From a bacterium (GTDB lineage: Bacteria > Bacillota > Clostridia > Christensenellales > UBA3700): a stretch of DNA of 64,000 nt. Location of the stretch: positions 6,126 to 70,125 of the forward strand of contig CAVAVP010000016.1 of NCBI GenBank assembly GCA_963592135.1. Reading direction: 5' to 3'. Within the stretch, counting starts at the first letter, position 1. Every line of letters starts with the position of its first letter. The notes below the pieces were generated by a model that was given only the letters and a program-made list of their open reading frames with translations, did no database searches and was not told the DNA's origin. Below, piece by piece: positions 18,971 through 28,892 of this stretch. The position numbers and the translations under genes are program-made.

Positions 18971-20296
18971 TTATAAAATAAACTTATTTAAATTCAATGA
19001 TTTAATTGATGACCCCATATGGTCTTCAACATACTTTTTATCTACAACTAAATTATGCTCTTCATTATAATCTGCAGCCTCAAAAGATACATCCTCTAAA
19101 AGCTTTTCCATAATTGTAGATAATCTTCTAGCACCAATATCTTCATTTGTCTCATTTTGAGCAGCAGCTATTTCAGCAATGTATTCAATAGCATCATTAG
19201 TAAACTTTAACTTAATGTTATCTACTTTTAAAAGTTCTGTATATTGCATTAAAATAGCATTATCTGGCTTTGTTAGAATTTCAACGAAATCTTCCTTTGT
19301 TAAACTATTTAAATCTACTCTAATTGGGAATCTTCCTTGAAGTTCTGGAATTAAATCAGAAACTGAAGATACATGGAATGCACCTGCTGCAATAAATAGT
19401 ATATAATCCGTTTTAACGTTTCCATGTTTTGTATTTACAGTAGATCCTTCAACTATTGGCAAAATATCTCTTTGAACACCTTCTCTTGATACATCTTGAC
19501 CTGATGTATTGCCTTTAGATGCAATCTTATCTATTTCATCAATAAAAATAATTCCGTCATTTTCAGCTCTTCTTATTGCCTCTGCGTCAATATCTTCTTT
19601 ATCTACAAGTGACTCAACAGCTTCATCTATTAAAATCTTATAAGCATTAGCTACTGATATACTTCTTTTCTTTAATGGAGCCTTTCCTCCCATCATTTGC
19701 TTTGTTATATCAGCAATAGAGAATTGGATGCTTCCACCTTGTCCCATAATCATAGGATTCTTTTGAGTCTCAGGAAGTGCAATATCTATAACTAAATCAT
19801 CAATTTTGCCTTCTCGTAGCTCTTGTAAAACATAAGCTCTAATTTGACTTTCAGATAAATCTAAATAAGAATCTTTTCTCTTTTCTATAATTGCTGGGAT
19901 AATTTTAGCCTCAGCCATTTCTTTAGCTCTTTGTTCAACACTTTTAGATTGCTCTTCTTTAACTAATCTATATGAAGCTTCAACAAGTTCTCTTACCATA
20001 GATTCAACATCTCGCCCCACATAACCTACTTCTGTAAACTTTGTAGCCTCAACCTTTACAAATGGAGCCTTTACAAGTTTTGCAAGTCTTCTTGCAATTT
20101 CTGTCTTACCAACTCCAGTAGGTCCCTTCATAATGATATTTTTTGGTGTAATTTCATCTTGAAGTTCCTTTGGAAGTCTAGATCTTCTATATCTATTTCT
20201 TAAAGCAACAGCAACAGCTCTTTTTGCTTCATCTTGACCAATAATAAATCTATTTAATTCATTAACTATTTGTTTTGGGGTTAATTCATCTACCAT
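18971..20296 (-). CDS. hslU: ATP-dependent protease ATPase subunit HslU
   Basis: 441 aa with Walker A GPTGVGKTEIARRLA and IIFIDEIDKI. Confidence 0.95.
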   Translation of the reverse strand: MVDELTPKQIVNELNRFIIGQDEAKRAVAVALRNRYRRSRLPKELQDEITPKNIIMKGPTGVGKTEIARRLAKLVKAPFVKVEATKFTEVGYVGRDVESMVRELVEASYRLVKEEQSKSVEQRAKEMAEAKIIPAIIEKRKDSYLDLSESQIRAYVLQELREGKIDDLVIDIALPETQKNPMIMGQGGSIQFSIADITKQMMGGKAPLKKRSISVANAYKILIDEAVESLVDKEDIDAEAIRRAENDGIIFIDEIDKIASKGNTSGQDVSREGVQRDILPIVEGSTVNTKHGNVKTDYILFIAAGAFHVSSVSDLIPELQGRFPIRVDLNSLTKEDFVEILTKPDNAILMQYTELLKVDNIKLKFTNDAIEYIAEIAAAQNETNEDIGARRLSTIMEKLLEDVSFEAADYNEEHNLVVDKKYVEDHMGSSIKSLNLNKFIL

Positions 20297-20297
20297 T

Positions 20298-20837
20298 TTA
20301 TACCTCCTCTACAATAATGTGATCATTTGTAAATACACATAATTCACTAGCTATCTTTAATGATTTGTAAGCAATATCTTTAGCTAAAAGCTCGGTTTCG
20401 CTTACTAAAGCTCTTGCAGCAGCTAACGCATAATTACCACCAGAGCCTATTGCGCAAACACCACCATCTGGTTCAATAACTTCACCGGAGCCAGAAACAA
20501 TAAGCAATGTTTCCTTATCTGCAACAATCATCATAGCATCTAATTTTCTTGGCAATTTATCACCTCTCCAAAGTTCAGCAAGTTCTACTGCACTTCTCAT
20601 TAAATTACCACTATATTTTTGCAACATTTTTTCTAGTTTTTCACTAAGAGCCATAGCATCTGCAACAGAACCAGCAAAGCCCATAACGACTCTATCATTA
20701 AAAATTCTTCTTACTTTTCTTGCTGTTCCTTTTAAAATAACGCTTTGTCCCATAGTAATTTGACCATCACCGGCAATTGCAGTTTGGCCATTTTTTCTAA
20801 CAGCACAAATTGTTGTTCCTCTTAATTCTATTTCCAT
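20298..20837 (-). CDS. hslV: ATP-dependent protease subunit HslV
   Basis: 179 aa with the GTTICAV N-terminal nucleophile region and [14 protein letters not shown]. Confidence 0.93.
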   Translation of the reverse strand: MEIELRGTTICAVRKNGQTAIAGDGQITMGQSVILKGTARKVRRIFNDRVVMGFAGSVADAMALSEKLEKMLQKYSGNLMRSAVELAELWRGDKLPRKLDAMMIVADKETLLIVSGSGEVIEPDGGVCAIGSGGNYALAAARALVSETELLAKDIAYKSLKIASELCVFTNDHIIVEEV

Positions 20838-20845
20838 TTTTCACC

Positions 20846-22153
20846 TCATAATTTCACTGTAGCTAAATAATTATCTATAGCTTCAAGTGAGCGCAATGTA
20901 TATTGCAATTTTCTTTCTTTTTTATCCCTTTTAGGACTTTCTAATATTGGTAAAATTCCAAAGTTTGCATTCATCGGCTCGTAATCTACATTTTCTTGAG
21001 ACACATGTCTTTGAAGCGTTCCAATTATACTTTCTTTTGGCATTACCAAATGTTCTTTTTCTTTTAGTGTTAAATCCAAATTTATAGCAGCAATCAAACC
21101 ACTCATAATAGATTCAACATATCCTTCAACTCCAGTTATTTGTCCTGCAAAGAATATATTCTTATTGGACTTTAACTGAAAAGCCTCATTTAATACTTTT
21201 GGTGCATTTATATAAGTATTTCTATGCATTACACCATATCTTTCAAATTCGACATTTTCAAGGCCTGGTATTAATCTAAATACTCTTTCTTGCTCTCCAA
21301 ACTTTAAGTTTGTTTGGAAACCAACTATATTATATGCATCCCCTTCTATATTTTCCTTTCTAAGTTGAACTACTGCATAAAATCTTTCATCGCTTCCTGG
21401 TCTTCTTATACCCTTTGGACGAAGTGGTCCAAAACGCATTGTATCCTCACCTCTTGATGCCATAATTTCTATTGGCATACAATTTTCAAAAACGTTGACA
21501 TCAAAATCATGAAGCCCAGCTCTTTGAGCATGAATTAGTTCATTATAGAAGTTTAAATATTCTTCTTTGTTCATTGGGCAGTTTATGTAATCATCTCCAC
21601 CTTTATCATATCTTGCGGCAAAGAATGCTTTATTGAAATCAATTCCCTCTTTAGATACAATCGGAGCTACAGCATCATAAAACTGCAAATATTCATCAGT
21701 TCCTAAAACCCTAGATATATCTTTAGATAATGCATCTGAAGTTAGTGGACCTGAAGCAATAATTGTAGGAATAGATTCGTCAATATTAACAAACTCTTCA
21801 CGAATTATATTTAAGTTTTCAAACTTAGTTAACTCGCTATAAACATATTTGCTAAATAATTCTCTATCAACCGCCAGCGCTCCACCTGCTGGAACTTGAG
21901 CTTTATAGGCACAAGTAAGTAGCAAGCTACCCAATTTTTCCATCTCTAGTTTTAAAAGTCCATGTCCTGTATCTTTATTAACACTCTTTAGAGAGTTTGA
22001 ACATACAAGTTCTGCTAAATTATTTGTTTTATGACAAGGAGTATTTTTAACTCCTCTCATTTCATAAAGGTCAACACTGTAACCTCTTTTTAGCAATTGA
22101 TATGCAGCTTCACACCCTGCAAGGCCACCACCTATTACTCTTATTCTATTCAT
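20846..22153 (-). CDS. trmFO: methylenetetrahydrofolate--tRNA-(uracil54-C5)-methyltransferase TrmFO
   Basis: 435 aa with the FAD motif VIGGGLAGCEAAYQL. It follows topA, as is canonical in Firmicutes. Confidence 0.92.
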   Translation of the reverse strand: MNRIRVIGGGLAGCEAAYQLLKRGYSVDLYEMRGVKNTPCHKTNNLAELVCSNSLKSVNKDTGHGLLKLEMEKLGSLLLTCAYKAQVPAGGALAVDRELFSKYVYSELTKFENLNIIREEFVNIDESIPTIIASGPLTSDALSKDISRVLGTDEYLQFYDAVAPIVSKEGIDFNKAFFAARYDKGGDDYINCPMNKEEYLNFYNELIHAQRAGLHDFDVNVFENCMPIEIMASRGEDTMRFGPLRPKGIRRPGSDERFYAVVQLRKENIEGDAYNIVGFQTNLKFGEQERVFRLIPGLENVEFERYGVMHRNTYINAPKVLNEAFQLKSNKNIFFAGQITGVEGYVESIMSGLIAAINLDLTLKEKEHLVMPKESIIGTLQRHVSQENVDYEPMNANFGILPILESPKRDKKERKLQYTLRSLEAIDNYLATVKL

Positions 22154-24263
22154 TGTCGTCAGAAGAATCTGATTTGTCTTCTTTTGCGTTTACTACTGTC
22201 TTACAATTTCTATCCTGACAGATATATTTTTTAGTACCATCTTTTGCTGTAAATATCTTCATTGCAGAATTGCACTTAGGACAAAGTATAGGAGCCGGTA
22301 TATCCCAACTTATAAATTTACAAGCAGGATATCCTGTACATGTATAGTAAGGTTTACCACTCTTTCCTATTCTCTTACACACATCCTTTCCGCACATTGG
22401 ACATTTAGCAACTGGATCTTCAATTGGCTCTGTATGTTTACAAAGTGGGAATCTTGAACAACCTAAGAATGGGCCATTCTTACCATTTCTTATAAGCATC
22501 TTTGCTCCACATTTTGAACAAATGACATTACTTTCTTTTGGTTCATTTTTTATATGTGGTCCGATTATTTTCTTATGGAATTCAGGATAGAATTCATCAA
22601 TAACTTTTTGCCACTTTTCGTTCCCTTCTGCTATTTTATCTAAGTTAGTTTCCATCTCCGCTGTAAACTTGACATTCATAATATCTGGGAAATTCTTATT
22701 TAAATATTCTACAACTTGGCAACCTAGCTCTGTTGGAACTAACTCCTTTTTCTTATTTTCTGTATTTTTTACAATCTCAACATACTTTCTATTTAATAAA
22801 ACTGTTACTGTACTTGAGTATGTAGATGGACGACCAATACCATTATCTTCCATTGTTTTTATAATTGTACCATCTGTATATCTTGGCTCTGGCTTTGTAA
22901 ATTTTTGCTCGCCTTTTAAATCTTGCATAAATACATTTTCTTGCTCATTAAAGTTTGGAAGAGACTTTGTTTCATCTTTTTCATCACTCATGCTATAGGC
23001 TGCTGTAAAACCTTTAAATACGCAAGTTTTGCCCTTTAATTTATATTCATAAACATTGCTACTATTTTTAGACAATACTTGAACATCTAACGTATTATAA
23101 ACAGCTGAAGCCATTTGTGATGCTAAGAATCTCTTGTAAATTAAGTTATATAATCTCCATTCTTCTTTTTTCATTTTATCTTTTAAAGAATCAGGAGTTC
23201 TATTCATATCAATTGGACGAATTGCTTCGTGGGCATCTTGTGCATCACCTTTTGTTGCATAAAAGTTTGGAGTATTTGGAACATAATCCGGTCCGTAGTT
23301 TTCATTGTTTTTAATAAAATCCAAACATGCTCTTTGTGCCTCAGGTGAAACTCTTACAGAGTCTGTTCTTATGTATGTAACTAATGCTATTTGACCCTCG
23401 CCTTGAACGTCAGCACCTTCATATAACTTTTGTGCACATGAGGTTACCATCGCTGCTGTAAAACCTAATTTACTTATGGCTTCTTGTTGCATTGAAGATG
23501 TAGTAAATGGAGCCGGTGCATGTGCTTTAGATTGAGATCTCTTTACATTTCCAATACTCCAATCGCCTGCTTTTGAATTATCTATTATACTTTGAGCATC
23601 AGTAGAATTATTTACTTTAATTTTTTTACCATTTAGTTTTTCTAAATCACATTTATATGATTTAGAGTCTTTTGTCTTAGAGATATATGCTGATATATTC
23701 CAATATTCTTCTGGCTTAAAGTTTTTAATTTCATTTTCTCTATCTATAATAAGCTTTAATGTTACGGATTGAACACGACCAGCTGATAAACCTGATTGAA
23801 TGGCTTTTGATACAACCGGAGATAATTCATAACCTACAAGTCTATCTAAAACTCTTCTTGCTTGATAAGCATCAACCAAATTCATATCTATAGCTCTTGG
23901 CATTGTTAATGCCTTTTCTACAGCTTTTTTAGAAATTTCGTTAAACTCTATACGAATATCATTTCCTGAGATATTACAAACCTCTGAGATATGCCAAGAA
24001 ATTGCTTCTCCTTCTCTATCAGGGTCGCCTGCTAAATATACTTTATCTGCCTTTGCTGCTTCTTGTTTTATATATTTAATTGTAGCTTCTTTTGCAGGAG
24101 ATATAACGTATTCAGGTTTATAGTTGTTCTTTACATCTACGCCAGTAGATTTTTCAGGTAAATCTCTAACATGACCTTTAGAGGCTATTACCTTATAACC
24201 ACTGCCTAAATATTTTGATATTGTTGTTGCCTTGTGAGGCGATTCTACTATAATTAATTTCAT
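22146..24263 (-). CDS. topA: DNA topoisomerase I
   Basis: 705 aa. The Toprim N-terminus is MKLIIVESPHKA and the active-site region is YIRTDS. C-terminal Cys4 zinc ribbons are present. Confidence 0.96.
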   Translation of the reverse strand: MKLIIVESPHKATTISKYLGSGYKVIASKGHVRDLPEKSTGVDVKNNYKPEYVISPAKEATIKYIKQEAAKADKVYLAGDPDREGEAISWHISEVCNISGNDIRIEFNEISKKAVEKALTMPRAIDMNLVDAYQARRVLDRLVGYELSPVVSKAIQSGLSAGRVQSVTLKLIIDRENEIKNFKPEEYWNISAYISKTKDSKSYKCDLEKLNGKKIKVNNSTDAQSIIDNSKAGDWSIGNVKRSQSKAHAPAPFTTSSMQQEAISKLGFTAAMVTSCAQKLYEGADVQGEGQIALVTYIRTDSVRVSPEAQRACLDFIKNNENYGPDYVPNTPNFYATKGDAQDAHEAIRPIDMNRTPDSLKDKMKKEEWRLYNLIYKRFLASQMASAVYNTLDVQVLSKNSSNVYEYKLKGKTCVFKGFTAAYSMSDEKDETKSLPNFNEQENVFMQDLKGEQKFTKPEPRYTDGTIIKTMEDNGIGRPSTYSSTVTVLLNRKYVEIVKNTENKKKELVPTELGCQVVEYLNKNFPDIMNVKFTAEMETNLDKIAEGNEKWQKVIDEFYPEFHKKIIGPHIKNEPKESNVICSKCGAKMLIRNGKNGPFLGCSRFPLCKHTEPIEDPVAKCPMCGKDVCKRIGKSGKPYYTCTGYPACKFISWDIPAPILCPKCNSAMKIFTAKDGTKKYICQDRNCKTVVNAKEDKSDSSDDNE

Positions 24264-24274
24264 TATTTGCCTTT

Positions 24275-26440
24275 TTATTTAGATTTTTTAGCGAAGTTCT
24301 TTGGTTTAACTTGGCTAAATAATTTCTTTGTTTCGCTTAAAATATTTCCATCTAATGGAGTAATCATACTCGATTGGTTAAACATTGCAATATCTAAACT
24401 TACATATAGTAAATAGAAAGTTGAAATCAATGTTAAAACACTAAATACGATTAAAAATACACTATTTGATGCAAATGCCGTATATGTAGCACCATCAACT
24501 CCTGATATATAACCACTTTGTGATGCAAGTTGTGCAATATTCAAGAAAGATAATGTTGAAAGCGTCATAAAGCATAAATATAGTCTATTTTCTGGAACGA
24601 TGATTAGATATAGAAGTAGAAGCGCAAGTCCCATTGGTAAAACATAAACAGTAGATTGTGCTCCCCATGTTCCATAAAGAATAAATGTTATTGCTCCAAA
24701 TAAAACTAAATCTGATCTGTTTTGGTTCTTGAAGAATAAATATCCTGGAACTGCACTAAGACCTACTACAAATAACCAATTCAATACTTCAAACATAGTA
24801 TTTCTTGTCTTTCCATTTGCTTGACCAAACATTGCATACATCCCAAATGAATCAGTAGACAGATATGAACTATCCTTAAATAATTGATACATCCTCTTGA
24901 AGTATACAAATAAATCTCCACCTTTTACACTTGACCAAGTCATCAACATTCCAAATGCATAGAACACTGCAAGAGATAGGATCATCGTAATTGCCATGTA
25001 TACTCTCTCTTCGCTACTCTTAATCAATCCGTAAACTTGGAATATTAGTAATACAGGAAGTGCAAGAAGTGCATAATTACTAAACAGCAATGCAAAAGTA
25101 AATAAAATTCCACTTATCGTATATTTTTTCTCCAAGATGCAAATAAACATAGCTACTAAAAATACTATAGCTATTACTTCTGTTGCTGCATAGAAACTTC
25201 CAAAGAAGAACATTACAGGAATAAAAGCATAAATTGAAGAATATATAGCTGCTGCCTTTTCATCTTTATGTTTTGCAGCAAATGAATAAATCATATAAGT
25301 TATAACGATATCCGCAATAACCATTGGAAGTCTCATTAAAATAGCATATCCAAGTGATGATGCCTTTATTTTCATCCAATTTGCAACTTCTGCTAAGAAT
25401 GTATATAAAACAGTATTTCCAATAGTTGATGTTGAACTTTCATTTAAAGCATAGAACGATAAAAGTCCACTCTTCTTTCCAAGTTGTGCAAGTGACTCTA
25501 ATGCATTAACAGAGCTTTGCATACCATATGAACATGCAATAATTATGAATCTAACTAAAAGTGCACCAAGCATCACATAAATAAATATTGCAAAATTAGA
25601 TGTTAAAGCCTTCTTTACTTTTTCTACATCCATGTACTTTCCAAAAAATTTATCTACCTTTGATGGTTCTTTACTTGAATCGGCAACAACTTCCATTCCC
25701 TCTTTTGGAGTTGTAGCTTTAATTGCGATATATAAAACACCAGCAACTAATAAACTAGCAAGAGACATTAATACTACAAAAGTAATCGAACCGCCATTAG
25801 ATAATCCACTACTTTCTTTTAATTTTAAAACTTCAACAGTATTTGATTCAGTGAACGAACTCGGAATTGATTCAACCTTCTTTATAGAAACATTATCTAC
25901 GTATGCAACAACAGAAACACTTGTTACATTTTTTGTACCTGCACCAATTGTAAATTTAACCGAATCTGAAACACCTGATGTGAAATAGTATACAACTTCT
26001 GTCCATTCATCGTCTGTTGCCTTTAAAACATTTAGACCATTAAATTCAGTGTCTGTTTCAAAACCAAATCTTAAACCAATTTTATCTTGATAGGTAATAG
26101 ATTCTACTTTTACAAATGCCTTGATTTCATAAGATGCATTCTTTTCTAATTCTACATTTTGATAGATATATGAATATGCACTTGAAACATCAAATTTTGC
26201 ATAATAATTCCCAAGTTTTGGATTATAGTCATCCCCTCTTGTATTTTTAGGAAAAGAAATTGTAGAACCACTTGCAGTCCAAGATTGTACTGTTGTACTT
26301 GCGGTATCTAAAGTTTCAAAATTTGAGTTCGATAAAATATTAACATCATAATCTTGTTTTTTTGAGCATGCTACAAAACACGAGCATGTTAATGCCAAAA
26401 TACAGATTATTGCCAATATGATTAAAATTTTCTTTTTCAT
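24275..26440 (-). CDS. lipoprotein-signal, CBM/jelly-roll-like ectodomain fused to a polytopic GT-C-like membrane domain
   Basis: 721 aa with lipobox FVAC. Residues ~30-190 look like a carbohydrate-binding beta-sandwich (NSNFE...W...YVDNVSI). About 12 TM helices follow, including LRLPMVIADIVITYMIY, which resembles the first-loop signature of GT-C/PMT-like glycosyltransferases. The gene lies 11 nt upstream of topA. Confidence 0.5.
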   Translation of the reverse strand: MKKKILIILAIICILALTCSCFVACSKKQDYDVNILSNSNFETLDTASTTVQSWTASGSTISFPKNTRGDDYNPKLGNYYAKFDVSSAYSYIYQNVELEKNASYEIKAFVKVESITYQDKIGLRFGFETDTEFNGLNVLKATDDEWTEVVYYFTSGVSDSVKFTIGAGTKNVTSVSVVAYVDNVSIKKVESIPSSFTESNTVEVLKLKESSGLSNGGSITFVVLMSLASLLVAGVLYIAIKATTPKEGMEVVADSSKEPSKVDKFFGKYMDVEKVKKALTSNFAIFIYVMLGALLVRFIIIACSYGMQSSVNALESLAQLGKKSGLLSFYALNESSTSTIGNTVLYTFLAEVANWMKIKASSLGYAILMRLPMVIADIVITYMIYSFAAKHKDEKAAAIYSSIYAFIPVMFFFGSFYAATEVIAIVFLVAMFICILEKKYTISGILFTFALLFSNYALLALPVLLIFQVYGLIKSSEERVYMAITMILSLAVFYAFGMLMTWSSVKGGDLFVYFKRMYQLFKDSSYLSTDSFGMYAMFGQANGKTRNTMFEVLNWLFVVGLSAVPGYLFFKNQNRSDLVLFGAITFILYGTWGAQSTVYVLPMGLALLLLYLIIVPENRLYLCFMTLSTLSFLNIAQLASQSGYISGVDGATYTAFASNSVFLIVFSVLTLISTFYLLYVSLDIAMFNQSSMITPLDGNILSETKKLFSQVKPKNFAKKSK

Positions 26441-26524
26441 TTAAAATCACCTTTTGCAACTACGTTATTTATATAATAAGAGAAATTGCTTTTTTTTACA
26501 ACACATAAATATATTATTTTATTT

Positions 26525-26553
26525 ATATTATAATAATTATAGAGATTTTTCAA
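26525..26553 (-). promoter_or_regulatory. possible sigma-A promoter for the GT-C/topA...glyA array
   Basis: TTGAAA-17 nt-TAATAT lies 85 nt upstream of the ATG at 26440. The AT-rich background makes a chance match plausible. Confidence 0.3.
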
Positions 26554-26581
26554 ATGCGTGTACTGATTTTATATTAAGCAT

Positions 26582-26608
26582 AAAAAAGCTCCCGATTTCT
26601 CGAGAGCT
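26582..26608 (-). terminator. rplS intrinsic terminator
   Basis: Stem AGCTCCCGA/TCGAGAGCT with loop TTTC. A T6 run follows on the minus strand, 25 nt after the rplS stop. Confidence 0.8.
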
Positions 26609-26632
26609 TCTTTATTAATTTCTAATTTAAGA

Positions 26633-26980
26633 TTATTCAACTTCTTCTACTAATCTAGCAGCTTTACCAATTCTATCTCTTAGATAGTATAATTTAGCTC
26701 TTCTTGTCTTACCATGCTTTAATACATCGATATGATCAATCATAGGAGAATGTAATGGGAATGTTCTTTCTACTCCAACACCATAAGAAATCTTTCTTAC
26801 AACGAATGTCTCACGAACACTACCATGCTTGAAAGCGATAATAACACCTTCAAATGCTTGTAATCTTTCCTTGTTTCCTTCTTTAATCTTTACGAAAACT
26901 TTAACAGTATCTCCAACCTTCATTTCTGGAAGATCTGTACGTAAACTTTCCTTTTCAATAACGTCTATTATGTTACTCAT
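26633..26980 (-). CDS. rplS: 50S ribosomal protein L19
   Basis: The sequence [11 protein letters not shown]...FEGVIIA...RRAKLYYLR is typical L19. I place the start at 26980, with GGAGGT 7 nt upstream, rather than the track's 27013. Confidence 0.95.
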   Translation of the reverse strand: MSNIIDVIEKESLRTDLPEMKVGDTVKVFVKIKEGNKERLQAFEGVIIAFKHGSVRETFVVRKISYGVGVERTFPLHSPMIDHIDVLKHGKTRRAKLYYLRDRIGKAARLVEEVE

Positions 26981-27069
26981 TTGACTTACCTCCACTATAT
27001 TTTGACGAAGCATTCTTATCTATTTTAGTTTTGATAGAAAGCGGACTACCCCGAAGTCATTGCTCGTAT
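26981..27069 (-). promoter_or_regulatory. rplS 5' leader, possible L19 autoregulatory leader
   Basis: The ~90 nt UTR can form a CGA-GCA / TGC-T-TCG helix enclosing GACUUCGGGGUAGUCC. L19 leaders are known upstream of rplS in Firmicutes, but I cannot verify the consensus by eye. Confidence 0.3.
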
Positions 27070-27098
27070 ATAATACAAGAAAAATAAACTTGTCGCAA
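27070..27098 (-). promoter_or_regulatory. rplS promoter
   Basis: TTGCGA (27098-27093), a 17 nt spacer, then TATTAT (27075-27070), immediately after the rnhB stop. Confidence 0.5.
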
Positions 27099-27107
27099 CT
27101 ATTTTGA

Positions 27108-27740
27108 CTATCTTTCAATAAAATTCTTAATAAAAGTTCTTCTATGAATTTCACATGGCCCAATTTCTTTTAATGCTTGTATATGTTTTGCAGAGCCATA
27201 CCCCTTATTTGAGGCAAAATCATATCCTGGATAAACCTTATCATACTCAACCATCATCCTATCTCTTGTTACCTTTGCGAGAATAGATGCACATGCTATA
27301 GAATAACTTTTTGCATCACCCTTTATTATAGGTTCTATCGGAACTGTTGTATCAATTTTTACCGCATCAATTAAAACAACATCAGGCTTGCTTACTTTTG
27401 ATATATCTTCTATTGCTTTTTGCATACATTTTTTAGTTGCAGCAAGTATATTCATTTCATCAATTGCTTTTTCATCCAAAAGTTCAATTTGATAGGCTAT
27501 AGCTTTTTCTTTTATTTTATCAAAAAGAATTTCCCTGTTTTTTTCAGAAACTTTCTTTGAATCGTTTACTCCTTGTATAATGTCTTCATCATCAAGCTTC
27601 ATAATACAACAACAAACAACAACTGGTCCTGCAAGCGGTCCTCTACCAACCTCATCAATACCTGCAATATATTTTGCACCTTTATCTTTATATAAATGCT
27701 CATACTCAAGCATTGTCATTGTATCGTGTTTTGTTTTCAT
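27108..27740 (-). CDS. rnhB: ribonuclease HII
   Basis: 210 aa with GIDEVGRGPLAGPVV and DSKK motifs. Confidence 0.93.
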   Translation of the reverse strand: MKTKHDTMTMLEYEHLYKDKGAKYIAGIDEVGRGPLAGPVVVCCCIMKLDDEDIIQGVNDSKKVSEKNREILFDKIKEKAIAYQIELLDEKAIDEMNILAATKKCMQKAIEDISKVSKPDVVLIDAVKIDTTVPIEPIIKGDAKSYSIACASILAKVTRDRMMVEYDKVYPGYDFASNKGYGSAKHIQALKEIGPCEIHRRTFIKNFIER

Positions 27741-27741
27741 A

Positions 27742-28587
27742 TTAATCCTTTGGAAAATCTAACATAACTTTCCCCAATTTTTGCTTTCTAAAATCATCTA
27801 TAACTGCTCTATAAACTCTATCGTAATCATAATTATTTTTATTAAGTAAAAACCCTCTATTTTTAGCAATATTATCTATAACTTCAACATTATCATCAGA
27901 AAAATCTTGAAGTTTATATCTATCCATAAAAATATCTTTATGATTTTCTCTATAAAACTTTATAAGTTCTATTGTCAGTTCATCTAAATAAACCACATCA
28001 TCCTTAATAGATCCGATAAATGCTAACTTTTTAGCTCTTTCCTGATCTTCAAATGCTGGTGGTAATGTTCCTGGAGTATCTAAAAGCTCTACCCCTTCTG
28101 CAAGTGATACCCACTGTTTACCACGAGTAACTCCTGGTCTATTTCCCGTTACTAATCTTTTTTGTTTACAAAGAGAATTTATAAGAGTAGATTTCCCAGT
28201 ATTTGGCACGCCAACAACCATAGCTCTTATAGATTTTATAGCACCTTTTAATGCAAATCTATCTATGCTTTTTTTATTTAAATTCTTTAGTTTTTCTATT
28301 ACTAAATCCTTTTGCTTTCCAGATACTGAATCGGCTATAACGTAGTCAAAACCTTTATTTGTTAGATATTTTTGCCAAACTTGAAGATCAACTTTCTCAA
28401 CTAAGTCCTGCTTATTTATGACGTATAAAATAGGCTTATTTCCTATTAATTCATTAAACTTTGGATTAACACATGCTTCAATAGCTCTCGCATCTAAAAC
28501 ATATATTACGCAATCAACTTGCTTAATACTGTCTTGCATCATACGCATAGCTTTTGTCATATGACCTGGAAACCATTGAATATGCAT
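27742..28587 (-). CDS. rbgA: ribosome biogenesis GTPase A (YlqF/RbgA)
   Basis: 281 aa with MHIQWFPGHM, the circularly permuted GTPase NKQDL...GVPNTGKST, and DTPG. Confidence 0.92.
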   Translation of the reverse strand: MHIQWFPGHMTKAMRMMQDSIKQVDCVIYVLDARAIEACVNPKFNELIGNKPILYVINKQDLVEKVDLQVWQKYLTNKGFDYVIADSVSGKQKDLVIEKLKNLNKKSIDRFALKGAIKSIRAMVVGVPNTGKSTLINSLCKQKRLVTGNRPGVTRGKQWVSLAEGVELLDTPGTLPPAFEDQERAKKLAFIGSIKDDVVYLDELTIELIKFYRENHKDIFMDRYKLQDFSDDNVEVIDNIAKNRGFLLNKNNYDYDRVYRAVIDDFRKQKLGKVMLDFPKD

Positions 28588-28589
28588 AA

Positions 28590-28892
28590 TTAGTTGTCTT
28601 CCTTCTCTTCAAATAATCTATCGTAAATTTCAAAAATTGTGCTTATAATATTTACATTTTTAGCTAATTTTATAGTTTGTTTTATCTCGTCAATTTCAAA
28701 TACATCTCCGGCATTTTCAAAATCTTCATTTTTTATTGCCTCCATATCTGCTAAAATTGCGTACATTTTGTTATCAAAAGGAATTAATGCTTCCTGTTCA
28801 TATTCATGCTTTACACCCTTCTCGTCAACTAAAACAATAGGATCTAAACAATTTTCATCCATTATACAATCTATTGGATTATTGTATTTCAT
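28590..28892 (-). CDS. DUF1292 family small acidic protein
   Basis: 100 aa. The pattern VLVDEKG..HEYE....F....MYAIL is typical of DUF1292/UPF0473. The SD GAGGGG lies upstream. Confidence 0.6.
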   Translation of the reverse strand: MKYNNPIDCIMDENCLDPIVLVDEKGVKHEYEQEALIPFDNKMYAILADMEAIKNEDFENAGDVFEIDEIKQTIKLAKNVNIISTIFEIYDRLFEEKEDN

